A stretch of 64,000 bases of DNA, taken from NCBI GenBank assembly GCA_002104945.1, contig MCFH01000015.1, positions 806,001 to 870,000 on the forward strand, written 5' to 3'. Positions 26,930-41,036 of the stretch are shown one piece after another (the first letter of the stretch is position 1; every line of letters starts with the position of its first letter). The stretch comes from Piromyces finnis finn. Taxonomy: Eukaryota > Fungi > Neocallimastigomycota. The translations under genes and the position numbers were made by a program. Below the pieces are notes generated by a model. It was not told the DNA's origin. It did not search any database and saw only the letters and a program-made list of their open reading frames with translations.

Positions 26930-27695
26930 TGATGCAATATATTTCAAAAACACCATAAATAAAATATAATTGTGAACGTTAGCAATAGGGAATGATAGTT
27001 GAATAATATATTAGATAATATTGTATTTATTTCTATATTATAATAATAAAAATAAATAATAAAAACAAATAATAAAAATAATAGATTTTATAATAATATA
27101 ATTAAATAGATTTTGGTTTAAAGTTTCTTTATTTAATTATTATTATTATTATGATTATAAGATTAATAACATTCAATACTAGAAGAATCGAAAGTTATTA
27201 TTTAATAAATATAAATAATTAAATATAAAATGTAAATATAAAAATATGTTGATGAAATTCTTATTAATAATAAAATATAACTTTTTGAAATAATAAAAAT
27301 AAATAATAATTATTTTTTTCTTTTATAATTAATATTTTAAACTGAATTAAATATAATAAATACTTAATTATTAACCTAAAACTAACCTAAACTAGAACTA
27401 TTAAAATAAAATGAAATAAAATAAAACTTATACTTAAAACTAAAATATCAACTATTATTTATAAATGAAAAGTTCTCTCCTTTTTTATATCTTGTTCTTT
27501 ATTACTATTTTTATATCTTTTCATTTCTTGTGTAATTAATTATTCTAATATATGTGTAACATTTGCGTCATAATAATTTATACTAATATAGTCTAATAAT
27601 TATTAACACTAGTAATTGATATACAATTTATAAAAGGATTAGATATTATTCATAAAATATTTAAAATATTATATTTTTCTATGCATCTTGTATCA
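26930..27695 (-). repeat. 3' LTR (766 bp)
   Basis: Near-identical to 34208-34970, with TG...CA termini. Confidence 0.92.
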
Positions 27696-28849
27696 GGATG
27701 CCCCCACTTTAGATAAGACTTCGTCCCTTGAAGTCGTCGTATCTTTCATTAATGTTTCATTTCAATAAAACTACTAATATAGGGGATTACATTCTTTAAA
27801 TGAACATTTCTTTCTGTAATATCATTTGTAATTGGGTCGCATACTGTTACAGTATTAAGTTGTTGTTTTACAATTTTTAAAGGTCCAAGGTAATAAGGAT
27901 CTAATTTTCTTCTATTAAAATTTCTAATTAGAACTAAATCACCAGGCTTAAATTCACTACGTAGTCTTTTGATTTGTCTTCTTCTATCTTTCCATAGCTC
28001 ATTAGCTGTTTCAATATTATTTATCGCTTCTTTAATCCATTGGTTATGATTTATAAATTTCCTAATATAATATTCTTCATTTTCTTCTTTTAACCTTTTA
28101 TCAACATTGATACTAAGTTCAAATGGTTGAAGGTCTCTTCTTCCGTATAAGAGTTCAAAACTACTAAATTTTGTAATTTCGTTTTTTGCAGTTCTAAGAG
28201 CCCATAATGCACTAGGTAGTGTTTCATCCCAATCTTTATTTTTCTTTCCTAATAATCATAAGTATTTTGATATTTCTCTATTTCGATTTTCAACTTCTCC
28301 ATTTGAGGCTGGATGATAGGTACTGATATAATGAACATATACATCATGTAAATCTAGAAAAACTTTTGTTTTATCAGATATGAATTGTGGTCCATTATCT
28401 GTAATTAATAATTCTGGTATATCATGTCTTGAAAATACATTAGTAAGGAATCGTATTACATCCTCAGATTCAGTTTTCATTAAAGGTTCTGCTTCAACCC
28501 ATTTGGTTAAATAATCTACCAATACAATTATATATTTATTTCCTCTAGCAGTAGTATATAACGGACCTATTAAATCTAAACCAACTCTACTAAATGGTAA
28601 ACCTGGAGGAGTTGCTAGATCTTCCGGATACATATTAGATGGTTGTGGTTTACATGTTTGACATTTATGACAATATTTAATAAATAATTTAATATCCTTT
28701 ATCATACCTTTCCAAAAATAATCTCTTCTTAGTCTGTGATATGTCTTGTATGTTCCTTCATGACCAATAGAATGAGCTTCATTAATTAGTTTCCATTTTT
28801 CATCACTATTTGTAATAACTTTTCTTAATAAATCATTTTGTTTATAATA

Positions 28850-30184
28850 TTAAAGTCTTGATAAAGCATCAGCTATAACATTCTTCCTCCCCTCTTCATA
28901 TAAGACTTTAACCTTCAAAATACTGAACTCTGTTATCCATTTAACATGACGACTTGATGAAGGTTCTTTACTATTAAAAATATAGACCAAAGGTTTATGA
29001 TCAGTATACAAAAGTGTGTCAAGGTTGTTGCCAGTTATAAATGGTTTAAATTTACACACACAGTAAAAAGCAGCTAATCCTTCAAGTTCAGTAATACTAT
29101 AATTTAATTCTGAATTAGATAATGTTCTGCTTTCAAAATAGAGATGTTTTTCAAAACCGTCATCATCTAATTGAATAAGTACACCACCTATTCCTGATTT
29201 AGATGCATCAGTACGTATTATAAATTGTTTATTGAAATCTGGAGGAGTAAGAATAGGTGCGATGGCTAATTTATTTTTAAGTGCTTCAAAAGCATTATTA
29301 GAAATATCATCCCATTTAAATATAACATTCTTCTTAGTTAAATCATATAGAGGTTTAGCAATTTGAGCAAAGTTAGAAATGAACTTTCTATAATAACCAA
29401 TAGCACCTAAAAATGAACGTAGTTGTTTAATATTTTTCGGAGGTAACCCATTCATAATAACTTGAACTTTAGAATCAATAGGTTTAATACCTTTAGTAGA
29501 AAGAGTGTGACCAAGTAGTTCAACTTCTTCTTTAAAAAAATGACATTTCTCTACATTAATTTTTAAACCGTTATTATGTAGAATTTTAAAAACCTTTTTA
29601 ATGTCTTCATAATGTTGCTCCAATGAATTAGAATAAATAACAAGATCATCTATATAAACAAATACACATACACCAATTAAATCAAAAAATATACGATTCA
29701 TTTCACGTTGAAAAGTGACCGGTGCATTACAAAGTCCAAAAGGCATAACTTGGAAATTAAAATTACCATATATGGTAGTGAAGCAAGTTATGTCTCTATC
29801 ATCAGGATGCATAGGTATTTGATGATAACCAGAGAATAAATCAATAGTAGATAAAATAGTAGCATTACCCACATAGTATAAAATATCATCAATCAAAGGA
29901 AGTGAATATTCATCTTTTATAGTGCAATTATTTACCTTTCTATAGTCAACACACATTCTTATTTGATTATTTTTCTTAGGTATTAAAACTACTGGAGATG
30001 ACCATGACGAACTAGAAGGAACAATTAATTTATTATTAATAAGCTTAATTAATTCATTTTTTAATGCATCAGCTTGCACTTTAGATAATCTATAAGCACG
30101 TTGTTTAATAGGTTGGGTTCCAGGATCTAAATTTATTCTATGTGGCATTAATTTAGAATGACCTAAATCTGTCTTTATTGCCAC
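28850..30184 (-). CDS. pol: Gypsy RT-RNase H (part of a broken pol)
   Basis: SPVVLIP..RMCVDYRKVN, MPFGLCNAP, VYIDDLVI, TDASKSG, ELEGLA, TDHKPL, ADALSR. Confidence 0.9.
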   Translation of the reverse strand: MAIKTDLGHSKLMPHRINLDPGTQPIKQRAYRLSKVQADALKNELIKLINNKLIVPSSSSWSSPVVLIPKKNNQIRMCVDYRKVNNCTIKDEYSLPLIDDILYYVGNATILSTIDLFSGYHQIPMHPDDRDITCFTTIYGNFNFQVMPFGLCNAPVTFQREMNRIFFDLIGVCVFVYIDDLVIYSNSLEQHYEDIKKVFKILHNNGLKINVEKCHFFKEEVELLGHTLSTKGIKPIDSKVQVIMNGLPPKNIKQLRSFLGAIGYYRKFISNFAQIAKPLYDLTKKNVIFKWDDISNNAFEALKNKLAIAPILTPPDFNKQFIIRTDASKSGIGGVLIQLDDDGFEKHLYFESRTLSNSELNYSITELEGLAAFYCVCKFKPFITGNNLDTLLYTDHKPLVYIFNSKEPSSSRHVKWITEFSILKVKVLYEEGRKNVIADALSRL

Positions 30185-32455
30185 TACATCGCTATACTCA
30201 GAAAATAGTTGTTTTATATTATTCTTACTAGAAATAGGTATTTCATCTATTATTTCATTTATAATAAGTTGCTTCTTATTATTATCACCATTATTAGAAG
30301 TAGTATTTTCTTTAACAATTGATATGAAAACAGGAAGTGGACTAGAACAGGAATTTTAAAATAAAATATTATTATCAGATATAGAAGTATTTTTAGTAGT
30401 TATATTATTAGGAACATATGATATATTTCACAATTATCTATAAAATCAGAAACTCTTAAATTAGAAATTTTATCAGAGGCATTATTAATAGAACACACAT
30501 TATTAAACTTATTCAACTCGCACTCTATATAGTTTTTATCATCATCTTTATTAATATTATTTGAATTGTTAAAATTTACATCATAAAGTAAAGGTGCTAA
30601 TTTAATACATTCATTATTATTATTAACATGTAATAAAGAATCGTCAACTAAATTTAAAATAAAATTATTTCTTTTCAATGTAGCAATTCCAACAAGTACA
30701 TCAAAGATATCATCTTTTTCTACCTCTCTAAAGTGATCTGTAAATGTGTGATTTCCTATTGTAATCTTAAGTTCATAGATATTTGAATCAATAGAACTAT
30801 TTGAGTATACTTGAAATATTTTTTCAGATACTCTACCAACTGGTAATTTCTGATATTGAATTTCTTTAATGCAGTAGTAGTAATTAGGTTTACACTAGCA
30901 CAAGAGTCTAAGAATATTTCCGCTGGTTGATTTTCTATAAATCCATTAACCTTAATGACTTTATGACTTCCAATAACAGTCATAACATTTATTAAAGATT
31001 TCTTATCAATTTCTTTTAATTTCAGAGCTTTAATAAATATGGATCTAAATTTTGGGAATAAGTCTAAAAGATAACCTAACTTTGTTACTACATCAGTAGA
31101 GGCAACTTCTTTTATTAAATCATTAATTTTGAAATCATCAATTAATTCCATCATTTTAATATATTTTTCTAATTTTGGATTACTAGTTTTACTCAGAGAT
31201 TGGGTTTCATTCATACTATCATTTAAGTTATTCTTCATTTCATTTAATTTTTCTTGTTTACTTAATTTTTTTGCATTTGAAATATTGGGTTTATTAATAA
31301 CAGACAAATCTAGGTAATTTAATTTATTTGTGTTATTATTATCATTAGTAGTTTCTGAGGTTTTGTCAATTTTGTTATTTTCTTCTTTAATATTATCATC
31401 TAAAACTAATATTTCTGATTCTTTAATTGGTATCACATCCTCAGAAAATGATACCTGTTTTCCCTTCTTTGTATTATTATCTGGACTTTTATTTTTATCT
31501 ATAATATTGGTTTCTATATTTTCCTCTAATGCTGTATCTTCATCCATAGCTACGCTTTTATTATTTTTATTGTTATTCATTTTTCGTTTAGCTAATTTTA
31601 AAGCAGGTGTGCTATAAGGAATAGGGTTTTCTTTTAACTTTCTTTCTGAATCCTTATATGAAGTTAGTCGCTTAGGTTTATTTGATTTTTCATTCTTTTG
31701 TGCGACTGCTACTACTTCTTCCTTCATGTTGAGATTACTAAATTTATTGTAATTACTTTCTTTTATATTTTTATTATTAAATTCGTTATCATAATGATTT
31801 TTCCTAGTCTTCTCATATGTTTTATTATTTTTATGATACTCATATTCATCATCATCATCATTATTGGTATTTATATTATTTTTATCACCATTAATAATAT
31901 TATTACTGTTATGAATATCATTATTTGTATAAATATCACCATCATTATGAATATTATTATTATTATCATTTTCATTATAAAATTCCTCATTATTATAAAT
32001 ATTCTTATTGTTATAAATATTATTTTTATTATAAATATCATTATTATTATAAATATTGTTATCATAAATCATATCATTATTTTTATAACTCTCAGTATCA
32101 TTATTAATATCCGCATTATGACTATTGACATAAATATCATTATTATAAGTATCGTTATTAATATAAACATTATCATTATTATAAATATTATCATTATAAA
32201 TATTATCATTATAAATATTATTATTATATATATTATTATTATTGTTATAAATATCATAATTATTTTGATTATAAGCATAATCATTTATACCATTATCATT
32301 ATTGTTATTATCATTATAAAATGATTTGGTTTCATCAAATTTATTAGTGTCACTGTTAACAAACATAATATTTTCATTTATTTTATCATTATTATTATTG
32401 TTATTTAAAGAAGTTTCATTTGAATTAAAATAAATATCTGAATTGGTCTGATTAC

Positions 32456-32489
32456 TGGGAGTTATCCTTCTCCCATAATCTAGTTTAAA
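32456..32489 (-). promoter_or_regulatory. -1 programmed ribosomal frameshift signal (T TTA AAC, TAG, hairpin)
   Basis: Heptamer at 32489-32483 lies directly before the gag TAG. After a 7-nt spacer comes TGGGAG-8nt-CTCCCA. The -1 frame runs without a stop into ORF 30756-32366, which contains the protease. Confidence 0.8.
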
Positions 32490-34183
32490 TTATTTAATTC
32501 AGGTGGATTGTTTAAATTAATTTTGGTTGCTTTATTGTAATTATGTTCTGGTAAGTTCTTATTATAATAATTATTATAATATTGATTATTTAATTGATTA
32601 GGGTAATTATTATTAATATCGTTCCTGTTATCACTATCACTAATGTTATTCTTCATATTATTCTCATTGATATTACTGACATTATTAAATGCATTATTGT
32701 TCATTGTGTTGTTTTTATTATAATAACTATTAAAACCATTATTATAATATCCATTATATCCAATATTATTATTATTATTATAATTATTGTAGCTATTAAT
32801 ATTATTACTTTCATTATAATTATAATTTCCACTTGGATTAAAATTACCTTTCTTAAAATCATTATTGGTGTACATATAATTATTATTCATATTATTATAT
32901 TTATTTTTATGATAATAATCCATATAATTATTTTCATTAATGTTTCTATTACCCTTTTGGGTGTTGTTATTAGTATTAGTATTGAATCCATTTAAATAAC
33001 TATTATTGTTGTAATTATTGTTGTCATAATTATTATATAAATTTCCATATCTGTTATAAGAATTTCTTTGGTTATTAAATTGATTAAAATTATTGAAATT
33101 ATTTCTATTATTTCTTTCTCTTTTATTTGGACATTAACTAGCTTTATGTCCCATTTGCTTGCAATAGTAGCATTTGATACTCCTGAAGTTACTATTATTA
33201 AAATACACATTTTCATAATTTCTTGGGGTACCTGGATAGGATCTTCTGATAGGCTTTTCTTGTACATAATTTGAATAAAAGTTATTAAAATTGCTGTGAT
33301 TAATATTATCACTATCTTCATCTACTAATCCTCTATATAACGGATGGTCTAACAGAGCATTTCGAGTATTTTTTGTATTTTGGTATACCGTGGAAATATT
33401 GTTAGTTTCAGTTTTCTATGGTTCTTCTTTCGGCTTTCACAGCCTTTTCAGCAACTTTAAAAGCTTCGGATAATGTTTCACATTCGGCTAATAACTTGGG
33501 AGTGTGGATAAACTCTTTTCTTAATAGAATTTAAATAGTCATCCACAGAAATGATTTTCATAAAATTTCTTTCCAAACGGTGATAAAGAGTTAAGTATTT
33601 ATAGTTGAAGCTTATTATAGTTTCATTTTGTTTAATTTTTAATGTTTTTAATACTGAACATTTATCCCCTGGATTTATTTCCAGATAATCTTCAATGGCA
33701 AATTGTACCTCTTTATAATTAGGATACCTTTTAACGTTATTGTGAGAGGTACATAAAGATTTCAAAACGTTCTTGATATCCGCTTCAACAGCAACTTTTA
33801 ACCACACAAATATTCTAGAGGGCTCCTGTATATCATGGATCTCCATGACACTTATGAAATCCTCCATCCAAGAATCAATATCCTTTCCATAATCGCAGAG
33901 GTATGGAAGGTCTCTTTTTATTTTAGTGGCGTCTACCATTTGAATTATTTATTTATTTTAAAATAAATTTTTATAATACCTTCTTATACTTATTAATATT
34001 ATAATGGTTTTTTTTTAATATATATATATAATAATATTTGTGTATATTTAATAGTTTTATAGTAGAGTTTTATTTATATAAAAGGATTTATTATAATTAA
34101 AAAAAAAAGGAATAAAATAAAAAAAAAATATAATTAGAATAGAAATAATACTATTATTGTTTCATATTATTCAATATTGCTAC

Positions 34184-34200
34184 GCCCGGATTCTCCACCA
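34184..34200 (-). promoter_or_regulatory. Primer binding site, probably tRNA-Ala
   Basis: Minus strand TGGTGGAGAATCCGGGC is complementary to a tRNA 3' end ...GCCCGGATTCTCC-A-CCA with U70 and A73, the Ala identity elements. Confidence 0.7.
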
Positions 34201-34207
34201 AATTTTA

Positions 34208-34970
34208 TGATGCAATATATTTCAAAAACACCATAAATAAAATATAATTGTGAACGTTAGCAATAGGGAATGATAGTTGAATAATATATTAGATAATATT
34301 GTATTTATTTCTATATTATAATAATAAAAATAAATAATAAAAACAAATAATAAAAATAATAGATTTTATAATAATATAATTAAATAGATTTTGGTTTAAA
34401 GTTTCTTTATTTAATTATTATTATTATTATGATTATAAGATTAATAACATTCAATACTAGAAGAATCGAAAGTTATTTAATAAATATAAATAGTTAAATA
34501 TAAAATGTAAATATAAAAATATGTTGATGAAATTCTTATTAATAATAAAATATAACTTTTTGAAATAATAAAAATAAATAATAATTATTTTTTTCTTTTA
34601 TAATTAATATTTTAAACTGAATTAAATATAATAAATACTTAATTATTAACCTAAAACTAACCTAAACTAGAACTATTAAAATAAAATGAAATAAAATAAA
34701 ACTTATACTTAAAACTAAAATATCAACTATTATTTATAAATGAAAAGTTCTCTCCTTTTTTATATCTTGTTCTTTATCACTATTTTTATATCTTTTCATT
34801 TCTTGTGTAACTAATTATTCCAATATATGTGTAACATTTGCGTCATAATAATTTATACTAATATAGTTTAATTATTATTAACACTAGTAATTGATATACA
34901 ATTTATAAAAGGATTAGATATTATTCATAAAATATTTAAAATATTATATTTTTCTATGCATCTTGTATCA
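34208..34970 (-). repeat. 5' LTR (763 bp)
   Basis: Pairs with 26930-27695 and is followed on the minus strand by the PBS. Confidence 0.92.
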
Positions 34971-35663
34971 TCAATGTTACGGTTCAAGGAATTTATAAAA
35001 TATTAATAAATTTTATTAATACTCAAAAATAATATTAAAATGAAATAAGAAAAATTGTTTTATTAATAAATTTGTTTTATTAAGATATTAATATAAAATA
35101 AAAATAAAAAAAATATCTGTATATTCTCTAATCCTTATAATATACACCTTTTTATACTTTTTGTAAAAAATTAAGTAGTGTTAATTAAAAGAATTAGTCT
35201 TTAATTATTTACATTAATTTTAGTATTTAAATTACTTTTAAATGAATAATAGAATTACATTACTATTATAATAAATATTTATACATATTATTAAATTGAT
35301 TAACATACATTAAAAGTTTACTTTAAATATATTTAACTAAAGAATTTTACTATTTTACAGAAATATTATTCATAATTTTAATTAATAAAAATTCATTAAC
35401 TTGATAAATTAAACTAAAAGTTCAATAAACTATAATTTTCAATATATTATTATTACTAAATTAATTTTTAAGTTTAATAAAATAAAATTTAAGTTCAATA
35501 AAAATAATTATTAATAATTTTAAATATAATTTAAGTGTATACATTAATTTACAAATAAGAATATTGTAAAGTTTTCATACATTTAGGAATAATAATGGAT
35601 TAGGTCATAATCATTAATTATGACAAGAATAACATTATTTGTTGGTTCCTTAACATAAAAAAT

Positions 35664-37320
35664 TGTCAAAAAGCGATTTTTTATTAAAGAAAAGTGTGGT
35701 AAGCACACTAGTTATATTAATTAACAAATATAATACGCTTTCCTATTGAAGGCGTAAAGCTAATAATATTTATATAAAGAAATTTAAATAATATTTTTAT
35801 TTTAGCAATAACTTAATATCAGCATATATTAAGTTATTAAAAATATTAAAATTCTTAAAGTTTTAGGTTTTATAGGTGCTTATAAATTTTATTATCTTTA
35901 AGTTAAAAAATTACTAACGCTAAAGCTTTGTAATTTTTTGTGATTTTTTGTTCTTTTTATACTTGAACAATTTTAATAATTACATTTTTAATTTTAATTA
36001 ATTATTGTTTAATTATAAAATATTTAATTTTTATAAATTAATAATTAATATAATTATTGTAAATAGTTAATAAATTTAAAATAAATTTTTTAATAATAAA
36101 TTTTTTAATAATTTAAAAAAAAATTTAATAATTTCAAATATTAAAAATTTATACTTTGAAATGTTTTAATAAAAATTTAAAAAATAAATTTTTTCAAATT
36201 TTCAAATTTCCAAATTTTAAAAAAATTTTTAATTTTTGTAAAAGTTTTACTAAACTTATAATTTAATATTAAAATATTAAATTAAATAAAAGATTAAAGA
36301 TAACTAGGTTAGAAAAAATGATTTATTAAAATAATCTTACTTTTTTTATAAATGAATAATTAAATTATGTATTATGGTTAAAATAATTTCTTTTTATTTT
36401 ATTTAAAGAATATATAATAATAAGATTATTTAATAGTAATACTTATTAAGTATTAATAAGATAATAATCTTTACAAAGATTTAATTCATAAAACTATTCT
36501 AAACTATTTATACTATTTGTAATTTTACATTTAATAATAAAATAACTTTTTAATACATGATTATATTATATTCATAATATATTTTATAATACTAAGGCTA
36601 AACTTAAGATTTATTACTAATTATTAAAAATAACTATTGTTTATATATTCATAATATTAATTATTTCTTAATTATAATATAATTCATTGCATATAATTTT
36701 AATAATTATAATCTTTTAATTCAAAGATTATAAGTTATGTTATTGAAATAATTATTATAAAATAAAGTTAATTAATTCCGGAAAATAATTTTAATTTAAT
36801 TAAAACAATAATTTATATCCTTTTGGGTGAATGATTTATGTTCAATACATCAGGGGTGATCATTCTCTGAATAAACAATTAATCATTACTAACAAAATAT
36901 CTTTAAATTGGAATATCTCGTGAACCAGCAGAGATATCGACCTGATTTTAAAATATGTTGTTCATCTCGAGTGTGGCTTTCTAATGAGACCATAATTTCC
37001 AAAAACACAATTATCCAAAATCGCCATTCGTTAAGGAGATACACGTGTTTTTCCTTATTTAATTTTGATGATAAGGGTTAAAGTTATTTGTTATAAAATT
37101 TATTAAGGGTTAAGGTCATATCTTAACCTTTTCTAAATTTTTTAAATATTTCTTAATATAATTTTATAATTTATTTGGAAATAAAATATTATTGATTTTG
37201 AAATTTTATAAGTAATTTCACAATTTCAAGTGATCTTGAAATTGCAGATTCCACTAGTATTCGTGACAATTTTTTCCATGTGTCCAAATTTTTTAAATTT
37301 TTATATATGTTATTGTGACA
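35664..37320 (-). repeat. Solo LTR of the dual-RT family, interrupted by another solo LTR
   Basis: TGTCAAAAAGCG...TTGTGACA, homologous to 52234-52826 in reverse. Removing 36237-37273 restores it. Confidence 0.85.
36237..37268. repeat. Solo LTR (1032 bp) of another family
   Basis: TGTAAAAG...GTGACA termini with 5-bp TSD ATTTT. Confidence 0.8.
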
Positions 37321-40300
37321 AAATGTAATAATTCCACTATAAATTATTATATAATAGAATTATTAACTACAATTTATTGATAAATTGAGAATAATAAAAA
37401 AAAATAAATATTAATACTTATCTTTAAGTTCGAGTTTATTATAAGAGTAGAAATAATTTTACACTTTAATAAGTTAATATGTTTTATTATAACTAAGTTA
37501 AGTAAAATAAAATTAAAAACACTTTTATTATTATAATTTGTTTTTTATAATAATAACTCTTGATTCCTTAGAAGAGAATCAAGAGTCTTATTTATATTAT
37601 TTAATAAATTTAAAGTTTAAATTAAAATTTTATCTAATCTTAACAAAATAATTTTTTGTTTAGGAAAAGATTAGAAGAAAAACCTAAACAAAGTTCGATC
37701 AATATTCTATACATATTGATCATCGTATATTTTAAGTAAAACCAATTATTTTAGAAATTGGAAAAAACCTTAAAATATCGATTCCTAAACAATGAATAAT
37801 TATTTTAAAGTAATTAATTAAATAAATAATTAAATATATTTGATAAAAATATAAAGTTAAATAAAAGTAATTAATTAAATTAATTAATTAAATGCATAAA
37901 TATAATTAATAAAAATATTAAATAAAATATTGATGAATAATAATTAAATGGCTAAATGTAATTTAAGATATTAAAATTAAGTGAAAACAAATAATTAAAA
38001 TAAATTTAAATGAGAATAATTATTTAAATAAACTAATATTAGTAACATTAATTAATAATTAATAATTAATAATTAATGATTTTAACTAAGAAATATTAAT
38101 TATGTATCAAATAATTATTATTTCTTACACAAAAATGATGCGTTGACCGATATATTTGTGAATAATATAATGTTTTTAATAAATAATAAACTCTATATTA
38201 TTATGATGAAACAATAAATTTAAAATAAAATAAAATATGCTTTATAATTAACAAATAAATCACTCAAAACTCAAAAATAAACTCTTATTATGTTTTAAAT
38301 TAAATCTTTATTATATTTTATAATTTATTTATTATCTGTTTATTGTCTGATTTTTATAAAGAAGAATTTTATCTTCCTTTTATACATTTTCATTTATTAC
38401 ATGTATTATTATTTTTAACTATTAAATATTATTATTACTATTGTTATTATTTATTAAAATTAAAAGAATAAATTAAAATTATGTCTTAGTATTATAAAAT
38501 ATTATAGAATATTACTTATTTGATTTTCTTATTACTTCAAAATGTTTAAATTTAGAAAAATTATTATAAATTATCATTAGCTATCATTAAATGTATAATA
38601 CCTTGAATAAAATAATTAAAATTTAAAATTAAAATAAAATTAAGACAAAATTAAAATATTAAAAGTATCAATTATTATAAACACTCATTTTATACAGAAA
38701 CATAAAAGAGTTCTGTATTTTATCTTTAGAATTGTTATTATTGTTCTATTTCCAGGTTTTAAGTTTATCATTTTTAGTAATAATTACTCAATTAGTTATT
38801 TATTAATTTATAAGTTTAAAAGAATTTCTAAAGAACATTTGGATAAAACACTAGAATTAATAATTTGATGTATACCATTTTATTTTTAGTTTATTTATTC
38901 ATTTTTATTTATTATTATTATTTTATTATTTTAGTACATTATTTGGATTAAGTCGTTTTATTTATTTAATAATTTATTTTATTATTATCACTATTAGGTC
39001 GTTTTTACTCAGAGTTTATTATATAATAAAGAGAATATTATTTATTTAAGAAGAAAGGGTTATATTTTCATAAAATTATTATTCATTTATTTTTAAGGGT
39101 TATTTTCATTTATTTTTATTATAAGCTACTATGGGTTAAGTCGTGTTTATTCAGCTAGTTTTTATTATGTTTTTATGGGTGTAGCGTATCAAAATGATAA
39201 ATAATAATTGTAAATATATTATAAATTTGATATTAGTAGAAAATTTTATTATAAAATAATTATTAAATAATTTTATATAGTTTATTATAAAAATATAATT
39301 TACATAAAATCAAATATTTTATAAATTTATATATTTGATTGGGTTAAATTATAAAAATAATTTTTAATATAAAGAATAATAATATTTTTTAGTAGAAAAT
39401 AAGAAGACTTAGATTATTAGTAATAAGTAAAATTTTAATAATAGTTGATATAATTAATTAAATAATACATAATAATATTTAAAAGACAAAATTAAGTTTT
39501 TATATAATAAAAATTATTGTTAAAAAGAGTGTAAAAACAATAAATAAAAGAAAATATAAAAATGAAATTAAACTTGTCTAATTTGTAATTATTGTGTTAA
39601 TAATAAATAATATTTTATAGAGTAAATCTGGTGTTATTATTCTATATAAATATTATTAAAATAATAAAACTATTAAAATTATAAAATAAATTAAATATAT
39701 TAAATAAAACTAGTAGATATTGTTAAAGCTCGTACAATAACTGTCGAGATAAAACAATATAAGATAATGTTGAGTGAGCTAGGATTGGTATGTAACTTGG
39801 TCAGAATGTTTTATATAATATAACTTAATTTTCTAATAAAATATTAAACTTATTTATTATTAAATCTTTTCTTCAAAACTTATTAAAGAATTTAAATAAT
39901 ACTAATTTAAAAATTAAATAGGTTTTTATAATTTAAAATAAAAATTTTAATAATTTAATTATGAAATTTGTTTATTAATTATTTATTTATTAAGATAATA
40001 TTTATTAAGTTATATTATAGTTAATAATTAATAATTAATAATCTTACAAAGAATTTCAAAATTGATTTCAATTCTTTGTTTAAATACTTTTTTCTTACAT
40101 ATAATAAAATTACATTGATATTAATATTGATATTAATAATAAAGATAAAAATAAAATAATTTTAAATTAAAATATTAATAATTGATATTGATATTAATAA
40201 TATGAATTCATATGATAAATCTTAAGATTAATCTTTTAAATTACTTTTAAAATAAAAGTATTGTTTTAACCATTTTAAATTGTAAATATTTAATATTATA

Positions 40301-41036
40301 AATTGAGAATAACAATTACTGATACTAATTATATATTCTCATGATTAATTAATTAATAATTATAACTAATGATTTTTGATCCAAAGGCTTTTTTGGTTTG
40401 ATTATGATTGAGGTTATTAATCCAAATTATTTGAAAAATTATTAATTAATTTTTATAATTGATTAGGTTTGTAATCAAGAATATTTATTATCTAACCTTA
40501 TTTAATAATAATGGAGAATTTTTAAATTGAAATATTTATAGAAAGTTGGATGACTTGAATAATGACTTTAATTATATAAATTAATATTGATCATTTTAAT
40601 ATATATTTATTGGAACTAATTAATTCTTTAAATAGCTATATCTCAAGAACTAGTGGTCTAAATTAGCTGAAAATTTGTGAGAATATAGATATCAACTAGT
40701 ACTTCCTAATAAAATTAATTTGAAGTCTCTAGAAAAGGAAAATAGGACACGAGATTCAGAAGTTATCGCTAGTTTCGTATAGTGTATTTTCTTCTCAAGG
40801 GTTAATTTATTGAAAATTAAATTTTTGTGATCCTTAACCCTTTTCAATATTAAATTTTTTCAAGTGATCTTTTAATTATTTTTTAAAAGTGTTTTATAAT
40901 TTTTGAAATATAAATTTGATTTTTAAATTGTTTATTTGAATATTTAATTTATTTTTTAATCGTCTTCTATTCTTGACAGATAACAGAAGTAGTTGAGAAG
41001 TTGCAATATAACTACCAATCCGTTATCAAAAAACTA

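Larger units (their letters stand above)
26930..34970 (-). mobile_element. Full-length Ty3/Gypsy element (8.0 kb) with paired LTRs, 4-bp TSD, tRNA PBS and -1 frameshift; coding region broken
   Basis: LTRs at 26930-27695 and 34208-34970 (TGATGC...GTATCA), TSD TCAA, gag 33939-32480 with CYYCKQMGHKAS*C, PR LDSCAS, RT-RH 28850-30184, IN ~27760-28830, PPT AAAGTGGGGGCA. Confidence 0.92.

Noticed and set aside
31698-33321. Ile-rich hydrophobic ORFs (also 13729-14028)
   Set aside because: They are opposite-strand or alternative-frame shadows of AAT (Asn) repeats in retroelement linkers.
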